Assembly: GCA_023213395.1 (NCBI GenBank)
Contig: CM041465.1
Location: 209,629,741 to 209,693,740 of the forward strand
Origin: Cycas panzhihuaensis
Taxonomy: Eukaryota; Plantae; Cycadophyta
Direction: 5' to 3'
DNA length: 64,000 nt
Positions 14,201 to 25,433 of the stretch are shown in pieces. The translations under genes were made by a program, and so were the position numbers. The notes beneath the pieces were generated by a model. That model made no database searches. It saw only the letters and a program-made list of their open reading frames with translations, and was not told the DNA's origin. Each line of letters starts with the position of its first letter. The stretch's first letter is position 1.

Positions 14201-15378
14201 TAAATAAAAGGGGGCTAATACCCTTTAAAAAATTAGATTTCAAATATCATTAAAAATAATTAAAATTTTAATAAACTTAATCAAACTTTATAATCAATAA
14301 TCAAGTAAACTTTAATAAAAAATATATGAAAATGATTTAAAAAAAGTTGCAGGACGCTGTGCAACTTCGAGAATAATGCAGAGGTAAATTTTGAGTAGTT
14401 TAATCATTAAAACTCAATCGTGAGCATTTAATTCTTCATGTAGATGAGGGGTGCCACTATATATAGTGTCAATTGATCAAAAATAATTGAGAAAACAAAG
14501 ATTTAACATGTTTTTTGAGTGAAAAATACTAATGGAAAGGAGAAAATGGTGATTAAATGGAGGTTTGTAAAGATAATACTGGTGAAAAGGTGATCAAACT
14601 GATCAATTCTCCACAGTGAGAAGGGGTGCCCAGGATCCTCTAGCCTGATCGAGCAATTATTGATTGAAAAGGAAAAGGACGCTGAATAGAGCTAGGAACA
14701 AGAACAACTAGCTGAGGGCAATGAATCAAGTGCAAAGAGCTTAATTTAATCATAAATCTTCACCTAAATGACTTCACTAGGGGCACGCAAACAATGCAGT
14801 CTTAATTACAAAAAAAATTTCAAAAAAAAACTTTGTATACGTTAAGAAATAATGAAAAGGGTGAATAAAACTAGGTGAGGGGACTCATTTGATTCAAACT
14901 CTCCATAGAGGGTACCATTTCTCACGAGATTTTAGGGCTAGCTGGGTACACTAGATAGTAAGGTGTTGATAAAATTTTATGACAAATGGTTGCTTATAGG
15001 CTCATAATGGAGCATTGGAGTGAAAAGGGCCAAAAAATGGTATGTAGTAACTCTGAGCAAGATTTCTCCTAGCAAAAGTGATGAAATCACGTGCGGTTTC
15101 TTCTAATGGCTAGAGAATTCGATTATGATCAGAATGAGCAATCATATGCTACTATTCCAAGTAATGTGTGAGCTATAATCACCAGTTCTAGATTGACTAT
15201 ATATAGTTCAAAAAAATGAAAAAAAAGGAATAAATATATTATAAATGAAATATGAATGAATATATATGATTTTTCTAAAGTTTTAATGTCATTAATGATT
15301 AATAACTCATAATAACATGCACATACCAAAATACTATCGTAAAAGTTTACCGTAAGACTCCCAAACCTAAACGAATAT

Positions 15379-15390
15379 GCTTTGATACCA
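15379..15390 (-). other. Primer-binding site (tRNA-iMet type) of copia C
   Basis: Reverse complement reads tggtatcaaagc, 2 bp from the LTR edge at 15393. Confidence 0.85.
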
Positions 15391-15392
15391 AA

Positions 15393-15759
15393 TGTTAGCT
15401 TCAAGGTGGAGAGTGGGAGGATTACAAGTGAGAATACATTATTCTAAAGTGTAAATTAATTTCCAAAATAATACTGGTAGTATTAAAAAACACCAAGGAG
15501 GTATTCCCAACCTATAAATAGAGCATTTTAGGGATGCAACAAGTGCATCTATCTAACAAATGTTTAAAATTTAAAAAAAATATTAAAATATTAAATAATT
15601 AATTGAATACTCACCTGTGGTGGCTATGTTGGCTCTTGGATGGCTAGTGGTGGCTACTCAAAGATATTAGGTGGCCTGAGGTGTCCTAGAGAGGCCCAAG
15701 GTGGCATTGAGAGGCCTTAGGTACACGCTTGCATTAATTAATTGGGCATTATCCCAACA
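15393..15759 (-). repeat. 5' LTR of copia element C
   Basis: TGTTAG...CCAACA, repeat of 6923-7288, next to the PBS. Confidence 0.93.
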
Positions 15760-16445
15760 CATGATACTATGTAATACTTAGAATTGCTCAATACAAGATT
15801 GCACTATACTAACCTACTATAACCTAGTAAGTTGGGTAGAATATTCTATTTTTGTTGTATCTTCATATTATTGGAATAAAGACTTCTTAAAAAAAATTTA
15901 GTTGTAGTGAATTATTCCCTTATAATTCCTTTGTCACTAGTGAAAAAATTGTAAGGCTTTTCCATACAAGTGTAACACTACCGCCACCAATTTTTTCTTA
16001 TTGGTTATAGGGGTGGTTTTGAAGTAGACCTCTATTTGCATCACCCAACTACAGATATCTTGAGGTCTATCTTAGTCAAAATTTTCTAACTGAAATTTCG
16101 TTCCCTTAAGATTGAGCCCAATCTAATCTTTTAAATTTTACCCTTCTTCTTGGTTATGCTCCTCTTCTTTAGCTATGCTATGAGGTCTAAAATCTTTTTT
16201 TGGAGCCAACAAAATATTACAAATTTGTTGTATATTTAATTTTAACTCCCTATACTGATTTTTCATTAGCATGATACTCTTATCCAATTGGTTCACCCAT
16301 TTTGACATGTCCTTGATTCCTTGGGAGGCTTAGAGTATCATTTTTCTTATTATGGTTTTTCCTGACTCTAACTCTTTTCTATTAGGGAAAAAAAATTCTC
16401 AGATATTTTCTTATAGAAACATGCCAAATACTCACTTTGAACAAA

Positions 16446-16457
16446 GCTCTGATACCA
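16446..16457 (-). other. Primer-binding site (tRNA-iMet type) of gypsy B
   Basis: gctctgatacca is the exact reverse complement of tggtatcagagc, 2 bp from the LTR. Confidence 0.92.
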
Positions 16458-16459
16458 CT

Positions 16460-17017
16460 TGTAGTAATCTTACAAAATTCATCTAAGAAATTTTACAAAA
16501 TAGACAAAATATCCACCAAATATATTTGCAAAAATATTTAATTAAGAGAGTAATAATATAAATCTACTTAAGTACTTCTAGCATAAATATAAAATGGTAT
16601 GAGATGAACATAAACTGAATATATATAAGTTACCAAATATACCTGCAAATACTATTGATAATGAATCCCTCTTTGAGGCAAGGTTCCCTCCATAATGCTC
16701 CCCAAAAGGGTCAAAAATATGGTAGTCCAAGACTTCTCTATTGATACCTAAATAAGGCCATAAATTCTCCTTAAATGGGTGTCCAAAAGATACAAATAGA
16801 AGTCAACTAGAAAAAGGGAGATAAACCTGCCCAAAACTAATACTGGAAGTCAACAAAAATTTCTATAAAAACTAGTAGGCTGAAAACTTTAAATGGTTAT
16901 AACTTTTGATACAGATGTTAGAATTAACTTTCGTCTAAACTACTGGAATTCTTATTCAGTGACCTTTGATTTGAAGGGTCATATGGTATAATTTTGACCA
17001 TATTTTATAATGTTACA
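16460..17017 (-). repeat. 5' LTR of gypsy element B
   Basis: TGTAG...TTACA, repeat of 2498-3054. Confidence 0.92.
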
Positions 17018-18234
17018 AATTCCATAATAAAACTAAGGTACTCTTTAGATGGCTACTACTTATGTTACAAAGGGCATATTGTGCTTTCTACCAACTCCAC
17101 TCTTTGGGATAAATTATTATAGGAATTATATACATCACCATTCATAAGATATTGTAACTTCTTAAAGATGTATGAAAGAGCCAAATAAAATATTTTTTGT
17201 TTAGCATAAAATATGATATTAAAATATTTATTGAAGAATATGATATGTATCAACACCATAAAGGGGAAATTATTAAGATTCTTGGTATCTTATAGTCATT
17301 ATCCATTCTAACTATAATATGGAAGGATATCTCCATCGATTTTATTTAGAGGTTGCCTAATCAAGGGGCAAATCAATTATTCTGATGATGGTTGATTGTC
17401 TCTCCAAGTATGCATATTTTTATTCACTATCTCACCCTTATAAAGGCCCTACCATTGCCCAAGACTTCCTTGACAATATCTTTTACCTTCATAGTATGCT
17501 CACCTCCATTATTTATGACCATTACCCTACCTCACTAGTATTTTATGGTAGGAACTCTTTAAACTGTAGGGAACATAACTGAAAATAAGCTTTTTTTATC
17601 ACCTATAAATTGATGGTCAAATTGGACTAACTAATAAATACTTGGAGACTTACTTATGTTGTTTTACTTTTGAATAACAAACTTACTAGGTTAAGTGATT
17701 ACATATTATCAAATGATGGTACAATACCTCTTATAATTCTTCATCTAAGATGACTCTATATAAAGTAATTTCTTGCCAACTACTGCCATCTCTCATATCA
17801 TACCTTCTAGGTAGTTCCAAAGTACAGGGCATCAACACAACTCTTAACCACTAGGAAAACCTACTCTAGGATTTTAAAGATAACTTAGCATAAGCTCAAA
17901 ACCATATGAAATACTAGGTAGATTAACATCATTTAGAGTGCATATTCACTGAAGGAAAAATGGTCTTTTTATACCTCCAATTGTATAAATAAACATTCTT
18001 GAAGCTTAGTAGCTATTAAAACTAACACCAAAATTCTATGGCCCTTATTGAGTGCTACAATGAATTGGCTAAGTAGCTTATAAATTAGACCTTTGTTAGC
18101 CTTCTAAGATACAACTTGTCTTCCATGTGTCCTTCTTGAAGAAGATCTTAGGACAACATGTTTGTGAATAATTAACATTTCTTGAATTAGTCAACAAAGG
18201 ATTAGTCAACCTCAAAACTAAGTCTATTTTATAA
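17018..18234 (+). mobile_element. Gypsy element A, part 2: integrase
   Basis: IWKDISIDF (~17317-17343), MVDCLSKYAYF (ORF 17385-17582), YHL*IDGQ (~17597-17620), GPY motif KFYGPY (~18030-18048). Confidence 0.9.
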
Positions 18235-18820
18235 TGAAGTGTAGAGTAGAAGATCTAGGAGTGCGGCGGCTAGAGCGACGCAGAGAGACTTCGAAGAGAT
18301 TTGTAGCTAGGGTTTATGTCAAGCGGGGACGGAGGACGTGCTTCAGGCGTCTTGGACGCCATGGCGTCCTTGGAAAAGTGAAGGGGCCGGTCGACGAACC
18401 ATTTTTGAGGCCCACGGGCTCTCGATTCTTTATTCAAAGACTTTGCCTGAGTTATGGCAGCGGGGTAAGGCACATAACTACTTGGCAGCCAGGTGTTTCC
18501 CTCTCAGGGACAGAGGTTCCCCTGTCTGGTGGCGGCCCTCACTCTTTTCTATGCTCTGTCCTTCGTTCTCTGTAGAGGCTTTTTGTTTTGGGCAAAGAGG
18601 GTGCCATATCTTCCCGGGGTGGAGGTCAGAACTAGAGTCCAGCGTGAATATACTGCTAGGGCTTGAAGTCTACAGCAATCCAAGCTTCAAATATTTAGGC
18701 AAACAGTTCGTGGCTCTGGAAAAAGTGCGTCATATAGAGGAGCTGACCCAAGAAGAACTGCAAATGATTTAATCGGTATATCGCCATCGTCGGAGTTTTT
18801 AGCCAGTTAATAAATTAAAA

Positions 18821-20206
18821 ATGGAAAAAGATCTTCACCTTCTAGAGCAGAACCAAAGCCCTAACCCGACTTTTGGGAAAACTTATAAAGATGTCCTGAA
18901 ATCAAATGAGGAAGAATCCTTCGATTTAACCCCGGTGTACGAAGACAATAAAGTAAGATTGAAAATTCCCCTAGCTTTGGTTGAAAAAACAGAGAAACTG
19001 TGGGAGAACTGCCTTGTCGACAGGTTCTCGTGTCCCAGACCGGGTTTGGAGCCCATTAGGGTTTGGACGAGGTCCAAGTGGAAAACAACGAGTAATGTAG
19101 AGGTAATAGCCATGCCTAAGGGCCGTGTGCTATTCGAATTTGCATCACATGAAGATATGGCTAGTATATTGATTAGGGCACCATGGATGTTCGACAGAAA
19201 AGCTTTATATCTAGAGAAATGGCATAGGGACTTTGATCCCTCAATTCTGAAAATTAGGCAAGCCCCTATTTGGACCCAACTACCAGGGCTGCCGCTACAC
19301 CATTGGAACCTGGAGGTTTTTAATGGTATCGCGAAAGCGGTAGGCCCCCTTCTAGCAGTCGATTCGGCAACGAAGAACAGAAGTAGGCTTATTAACGCCA
19401 GAATTTGTGCCCTGGTGAGGCTAGATAAGCCTTTATTAGACGATATCTGGATGGACCTCCCTGACAAAAGCTGGGTTCAACCTTTGCTATATGAGTTAGA
19501 TCATTTTAGATGCTCAACATGTAGGAACTTGGGACACCTGCCCCAAAAGTGCCCGGGAGTGCAACCCCCAAAAGAAGATCTAGTAGAGCCAAACAAAAAG
19601 GAGGAAGGAAAAGTGGAGGAGCAAGAATGCCCTGGCCGATTAGAGGCGGTCGATACTTCTTATCAGAACCCAGGCTTTGATCCAAACGAGGAGGACATGT
19701 TGCTTGAGGAGGATGCACAAATGACTCAGGCCACTAGGGATCTGAAGTGCCTGGTCGAAGAGGTCAGGGCTGCAGAACACTCCCCAAAGGGGGATGTTAC
19801 GCCGATTCATAATGTCTCACCTAAGCCGCGGAGGCAGCTAGAGAGAGAGGTGGAGAAGGGGATAGATATCCCCCCGTCGATTGTCGGTCCAGGTCGTCTC
19901 GGGCTTAGGGATGGGGCCGGGGACGCGGCATTGCCTTGCCCGGAGGAATCAGGGCAGGCAACACTTGATTCAATCTTGCAGACGCCTTAAAAGAAGTTGC
20001 CGGATGTAGGAGCTGAGAAGCGGGTTGGCAGACCCCCGTCAAGAGTCCAAAGAGAGAAAGATTCGACTGCCCAAGTTGATCTAGGTACTCAGAAAACTCT
20101 AAAAGAATCATTCCTTGAGGGGCCTACCCTCAGATCCGGTATAGTAGCCAGAGAGCCCCCAAAAGGGGAGGCGGCTGAGGTTTGGAAACAAAGGAAGAAG
20201 CGATGA
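18821..20206 (+). pseudogene. LINE ORF1 (DUF4283/RRM-like region plus CX2CX4HX4C zinc knuckle), one internal stop
   Basis: ORFs 18821-19990 and 19997-20206 are in the same frame, split by TAA 19988-19990. Motifs PIWTQLPGLPLHHW and CSTCRNLGHLPQKC. Confidence 0.93.
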
Positions 20207-23200
20207 AAATTCTATCATAGAATATTAGGGGCCTTAATGCCCCTTCGAAACAGAGAATCATCAGAGAAATATGAGAAGAAGACATCAACCGGACTTGATA
20301 TTTCTGCAAGAAACAAAACTTAATAAAGAGAATGGACCTAAGATTAGGAGCAAAATTTGGAAGCAAGATGAAGGCATTGAGGTGGATTATGCCCAAGGAA
20401 GGGGGGGTCTGATGGTTTTGTGGAACCCGTTAATCTGGTTGGGTGAAATCTTTTTGATAGAAGAATCCTTCATTTCGGTTTGGTTAACTAGTAAAAGTAA
20501 TAACACCACATGGATCGCCACTAATGTTTATGCCCCAAACCATCAAGAAGCTAGGAAGAGACTTTGGGATAGATTGATTGAAGCCCACAGGGACTGCCGT
20601 CTTCCATGGTTATTGGCAGGCGATTTCAATTCAACCCTATGCCCCGGTGATAAGAGAGGGGGCACTGAGGGCTGGACTACTAGTATGAGTGATTTCGGTA
20701 ATTTCTGATGGGGGTTAGAGGATGTTAACCTTAGGGGTGCCTCTTTCACCTGGACCAATAAAAGGTTGGGGAATAACCTTATACAAATCAGACTGGATAG
20801 GGCGTTGGTCAATTTTGATTGGATGAGATGCTTCAAGGATTTCACCCTTGAAGCCCTGCCGAGGATCAGCTCTGATCATACGCCCCTTTTGTTGAATTTC
20901 TCGGATTCGGGCAAGTTTTTCGGGGCCCCCTTCAGATTTGAATTGATGTGGCTTCGCCACCCAGATCTTAGGAATAGGATTGAGGAATGGTGGATCATCG
21001 ATATTGAAGGATACGCTATGTATAGATTTTCCAAGAAGTTGGACTGGGTTAAAAGGAAAGTCAAAGTCTGGAACAAGGAAACTTTTCAAAATATAAATGA
21101 CCAGAAGGAGAAGACTTTCCAGGATTTGAAAGATACCGAGGATCAGATCGAGCAGTTGGGCAGATCTCCAGAGTTGGATAAAGTAGAAAAGGAGCTGACT
21201 GAGTCCCTGGAGGAAATCCTCACTAGAGAGGAAATTCACTGGAGACAAAAATCTAGGGCTCTGTGGTTGGCAGAAGGAGACAGAAATACTAGATTTTTCC
21301 ATATGACTACTGTTAAGCATAGAGCGAATAACAGAATCAACAAGCTTCAAAGGGATGACGGCACTGAAGTTAGTTCGACAGAAGACATGAAGGAGCTGGC
21401 CAGTGATTATTTCAAGGAGCTATTTGCGGAGCCGTTAGACGGGGACATGGATTTGAGGAAGGAATTCCTCAATAACATCCCCTGCCTGGTGAATGATGCT
21501 CAAAACGCCCAGATCACAGTTCCTTTCTCTCAGGAGGAGGTTAAGGCGGCGCTCTTCAGTATGAAGAGAGATAAAGCTCATGGCCCTGATGGTTTCCCCC
21601 CGGGTTTCTTCCAAGAATTTTGGGATATTATTAAGGGAGACTATATGGAAGCACTCCATGAATTTTACGTAAACAGGAAGATTTTACAGGAGTGGCAGAC
21701 TACCTTCCTGGTTCTTATTCCTAAAAAAGAGGGAGCAAAAAGGATGGAGGATTTTCGACCTATAAGCCTTTGTAATGTCAAATATAAAATTTTAACAAAG
21801 GTTTTGGTGAACAGGTTAATGCAAATTATGCCAAACATCATCTCTCAGAACCAAGATGGTTTTCTCAGGGGGAGACAGATATACGATGGGTATATCATTG
21901 TTCACGAAACCGTTCACTCTGCAGCCGAGAGGAAGGAGCCCGTGATGCTCATAAAGATTGACCTCAAGAAGGCCTTTGATAGGGTCTCCTGGGATTGTCT
22001 GCTTGATTGCCTAAGGGCTTTTGGCTTCGGAGAGACTTGGCGATCATGGATAAATCTATGTATTGGAAATCCGCAGTTTTCGGTTATCATTAATGGTACG
22101 TCTTCTTGCTTCTTCCCAGGATTCAGGGGGCTGAGGCAGGGAGACCTGCTCTCTCCTTTTTTGTATATCACAATGGCGGAGTTGTTGGGCAGATCCCTGG
22201 AGTCCTTGAGGAGACAGGGGGTTATAAATGGTATAAAACCGACATCAGGAATGGACAATGTGGCCCACCACTAATTCGTGGACGATAATATCTTCCTTGG
22301 GAAACCTACAATAAGGGAGGCCACCAATTTTAAAGAGTTTTTGGGCCATTTTGAGCAGGCCACGAATCAAAAGATAAACTTGAATAAGAGCAGTGTATAT
22401 TTTATAAATACCCGGTAGTATTCAAGGCAGGATCAGCAGATGCCTGGAGATGGGCATCAAAAAACTTCCCACTACCTACCTTGGCCTTCCTCTATTTGTT
22501 GGGAAGATGGCCAAGGATATGTGGAATCCCCTTATTGATAGGCTGCAAAGGAAGATGGCCGGATGGAAAGGTGCCCTCTTAAGTCAAGCTCGAAAACTTC
22601 AGCTTGTAGCCTCCACGCTGCAGAGCATCCCAGTCTTCTGGATGTCCATCTTTAGAGTCCCAGCAGGTATCTCAGATATCATTGAATCTATCAAGAAGAG
22701 GTTCCTTTGGGCTGGTACAAAGAACAAAGACAGAATTCATTTAGTCAGCTGGAATAAAGTTTGCATGCCAAAATGGGCCAGGGGTCTAAACCTGAGAAGA
22801 CTTCCTCTCTTCAATACAGCTCTAGGGGCTAAGTTGGGGTGGCGTCTACTCAAAGGGGGTGAGAGGTTCTGGGAGAAGATCCTAATTAGGAAATATGTGC
22901 AAGGAGGTTCTTTGGCTGGTAATGATATCTCTCAGGTTGGCTCAACCATCTGGAGGAGTATTCTGAAAGCTTAGAACGCTTTAAGGAACGGACTGAGATG
23001 GAGACTAGGAGATGGGAACTCCATTAGATTTTGGGAGGATGCATGGTGTAGTGACAAAGCGCTTAAGGATTATCCAGATCTGGAACCCATAATGGGTCCT
23101 TGTGTAAGGATCTATGGAAGTCATGTGAAGGACTACTGGGAAGGAAGCGGAGAAAGCAGGTCCTGGAAGACCCTGGAGGAAATCCAAGGTGAAAGATTGC

Positions 23201-24417
23201 AAGAAGGCATCCGTAAGATTAAAAGCATGTTTGGAAAGTGTTACATTCCTAGATTTCCTTCGGTGGACTCGATAGTGTGGCCTCTGAGTTCGACCGGTGT
23301 CTATACTGTAAAACAAGGATATCAATACCTGTGTCAAACAAGAGGGGACCAGAGAAACCCTATCCTCGAAGGGGTTTGGAAGCTCCCTATCATTCCCAAG
23401 ATTGTTGTATTTTGGTGGACCTGCTTAAGAAATAAAATACTTACAGTTGATAATCTGAAAAGAAGAGGTTTTATGCTGGCAAACAGATGTACTTTATGCT
23501 GCTCGGAGGAGGAGTCTATGGACCACATCTTTCTGGAATGCTCTTACACAAGGGAGGTTTGGAGAATGTTACTGGGAAAATTTGAGGTAAGTTGGATATT
23601 CTCAGAGAAGATAGCAGATCTTTGGCTGGCCTAGAAAAGCCCATTCAGGAGCAGAACGTTGAGTTGCATCTGGATTAGTGCTCTTCCGATCCTAGCCTGG
23701 AACATATGGAAAGAAAGGAATCGCAGAATTTTCCAAGCGAAACGGATGGACCAGACTGCTATTTTTTGTAAAATTTGTGCAGATATAAGAGAGAACGTCA
23801 GATCGGTGAAAGAAAAACGCCTACTGGGGTCAGAGAATAGGATTCTGAGCAAGTGGGATATAGTTCCAACTTTTGTGCCAGAAAAGAACAAAGATATCAA
23901 GTGGCTGCCTCCTGAGGAGTCATGGATCAAAATAAATTTTGATGGTGCAGCAAAGGGGAATCCCGGGGCCGCCGGGGGGTAGGGAGGTATTTGTAGGGAC
24001 CATTTTGGGTCTACCCTATGGGCTTTTACAGAATTCTATGACTGTCAGACAAATCACTATGCTGAGATGCATGCTATGCTCAAAGCTCTTGACCTTGCGG
24101 TGGAAGGAAATTTTCAGTGATTGATTATTGAGGGAGACTCCGAGGTTGTGGTGAAAACTCTGAAAGAGGAGGCTATCCCGAATTGGAGATTCCAACTTTT
24201 ATTTAATGATGCCAAGGAAATCATTAAGGGGCTGACAGATGTCCGTATTAGGCAGACTCTGAGAGAAGGAAACAAACCAGCAGACTTTCTGGAAAATTGG
24301 GGAGTGAGACACAGGAGACAGACAAATATGGAAGACAATTTCCCTAGGGATCTTATGGTTACAGTCGAGAAGGACATGATCTGCAACAGCCAGGTGGGGC
24401 TTGTCCCAAAGACCTAG
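20203..24417 (+). pseudogene. LINE ORF2: APE endonuclease, RT, zf-RVT, RNase H-like domain; 7 in-frame stops and 2 frameshifts
   Basis: MKILS*NIRGLN, LQETK, NVYAPN, GDFN, RLDR, SDHTP (endonuclease). GPDGF, FRPISLCN, KIDLKKAFDRV, GLRQGD, FVDD at 22275 (RT). CTLC...ESMDHIFLEC (zf-RVT). INFDG, YAE, EGDS, REGNKPAD (RNase H). Frameshifts near 20268 and 22410. Confidence 0.96.
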
Positions 24418-24554
24418 CTCGCCTAGTCCGTGGGGCTGTCACGGACTCATATTTCTCAGTTGCACTATATTTCTTGATGTACTAGGTTGTGGGATCCTCT
24501 TTCAAACCCACTGAAATTCTTTTTATCTAATAAAAAAAAGAGTCTATTTTATAA

Positions 24555-24714
24555 AAATGATCATACTAACTCTAACATCATACCATCAAAGAGGTTTTAG
24601 TCTAGTGGAATAACTTACAACTAGAAAACACAACTTGGGAACCTCTCCACTAGTTGTAATAATAGTTTCCACATTTCAAGCATTGAGGGTAATGCTTTTC
24701 AAAGGGGAAGGGTA
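24555..24714 (+). mobile_element. Gypsy element A, part 3: chromodomain and PPT
   Basis: IKEVLV*WNNLQLENTTWEPL (~24585-24648). Purine tract aaaggggaagggta 24701-24714. Confidence 0.88.
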
Positions 24715-25069
24715 TGCTAAGACCCTCATATCTTAATCTTCTATTATTGTAATAATTATATTATAGCTGAAGTGCCTATTTTATATGTAAATAATAGTGC
24801 TTATTTTGTATATAAGGAATAATCCCGCATATACCACTCAATGACATGATTGGGAAAAGCTCTTCCTTAATAATTATACTTGTAGTTTTAGGGGCTTCTT
24901 GAATCTTCTTTTATAATTCGGTTATTCTCTTATGTAGGTTGCCCCCTTAGAGAGGCCTGCTATATTGTCAGTGATTGATTCATAAATATAATAAGGTACT
25001 TTATGTGATCTTTGAGGCTTGTATTATCATACTTTATTATTTCTACTTTTACTATTACAATTAATATCA
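24715..25069 (+). repeat. 3' LTR of gypsy element A (right end approximate)
   Basis: TG directly after the PPT. The partner LTR is outside the window, so the end (tatca at 25069 or ttaca at 25059) is not verified. Confidence 0.6.
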
Positions 25070-25433
25070 TAATAATATGATACTAATTTTTAAAATTATA
25101 AATTATACTACAGTCCTTATTTAAAGGGGTTTGGATTAACTAGTTGAAATAATGTTTTTGAATATGTTTTATACTAGAAATTTTAATTTAAAATTAAACT
25201 AATCACCTCATTATATCTTCTTATGTGACATCTAAAGAATGAAAGGTCATGAAATCACCCATCAGAGCATTGTACTCTTGAATTAATACAAAATCAACAT
25301 TTTTTTGGTGGTTATAAGGACTCAATTTGGGACAAGTCTTGAGTAGAAGTGGGGAATTTATGTGCATTATTAACCTTTATTTAGTGTATTTTTCCTCTTA
25401 TCTTTCTTATATTTTAAGCTCTTTTTTTTCATC

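Larger units (their letters stand above)
6923..15759 (-). mobile_element. Ty1/copia element C (full length, degenerate), inserted in gag of element B
   Basis: Paired ~366-bp LTRs, TSD cacga (6918-6922)/catga (15760-15764), PBS gctttgatacca 15379-15390. Gag starts at 12161 (MASNFGNMIIPKFYGNNF); gag ORF 11505-11810; GAG-pre-integrase WHRRFRHLNY...ICEGCLLSK 10467-10820. Integrase, RT and RNase H remnants follow in copia order down to ~7300. Confidence 0.93.
2498..17017 (-). mobile_element. Ty3/gypsy chromovirus element B (full length, degenerate), inserted in pol of element A
   Basis: Paired ~557-bp LTRs, PBS at 16446-16457. RT ORF 5320-5664 ([37 protein letters not shown]), integrase Zn-finger remnant 4242-4445 (HASPMGGY), chromodomain EYLIKWKVVDNNKAIWES (~3125-3185). 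The gag region is split by copia C. Confidence 0.92.
18235..24540 (+). mobile_element. Full-length L1-clade LINE (non-LTR retrotransposon) with RNase H domain, ~6.3 kb, inactivated
   Basis: TSD agtctattttataa at 18221-18234 and 24541-24554. Ends in aataaaaaaaa (short A tail). Sharp rise in GC and CpG at both borders. ORF1 and ORF2 in canonical order. Confidence 0.97.

Noticed and set aside
18883-24386. Minus-strand ORFs over the LINE (e.g. 18883-19467, 20715-21350)
   Set aside because: Antisense shadows of GC-richer coding sequence with no recognisable motifs.
25070-25330. 5' LTR/PBS of copia D (atcagagc at 25261)
   Set aside because: No similarity to the 3' LTR at 29538-29795, and the PBS lacks its tggt start.
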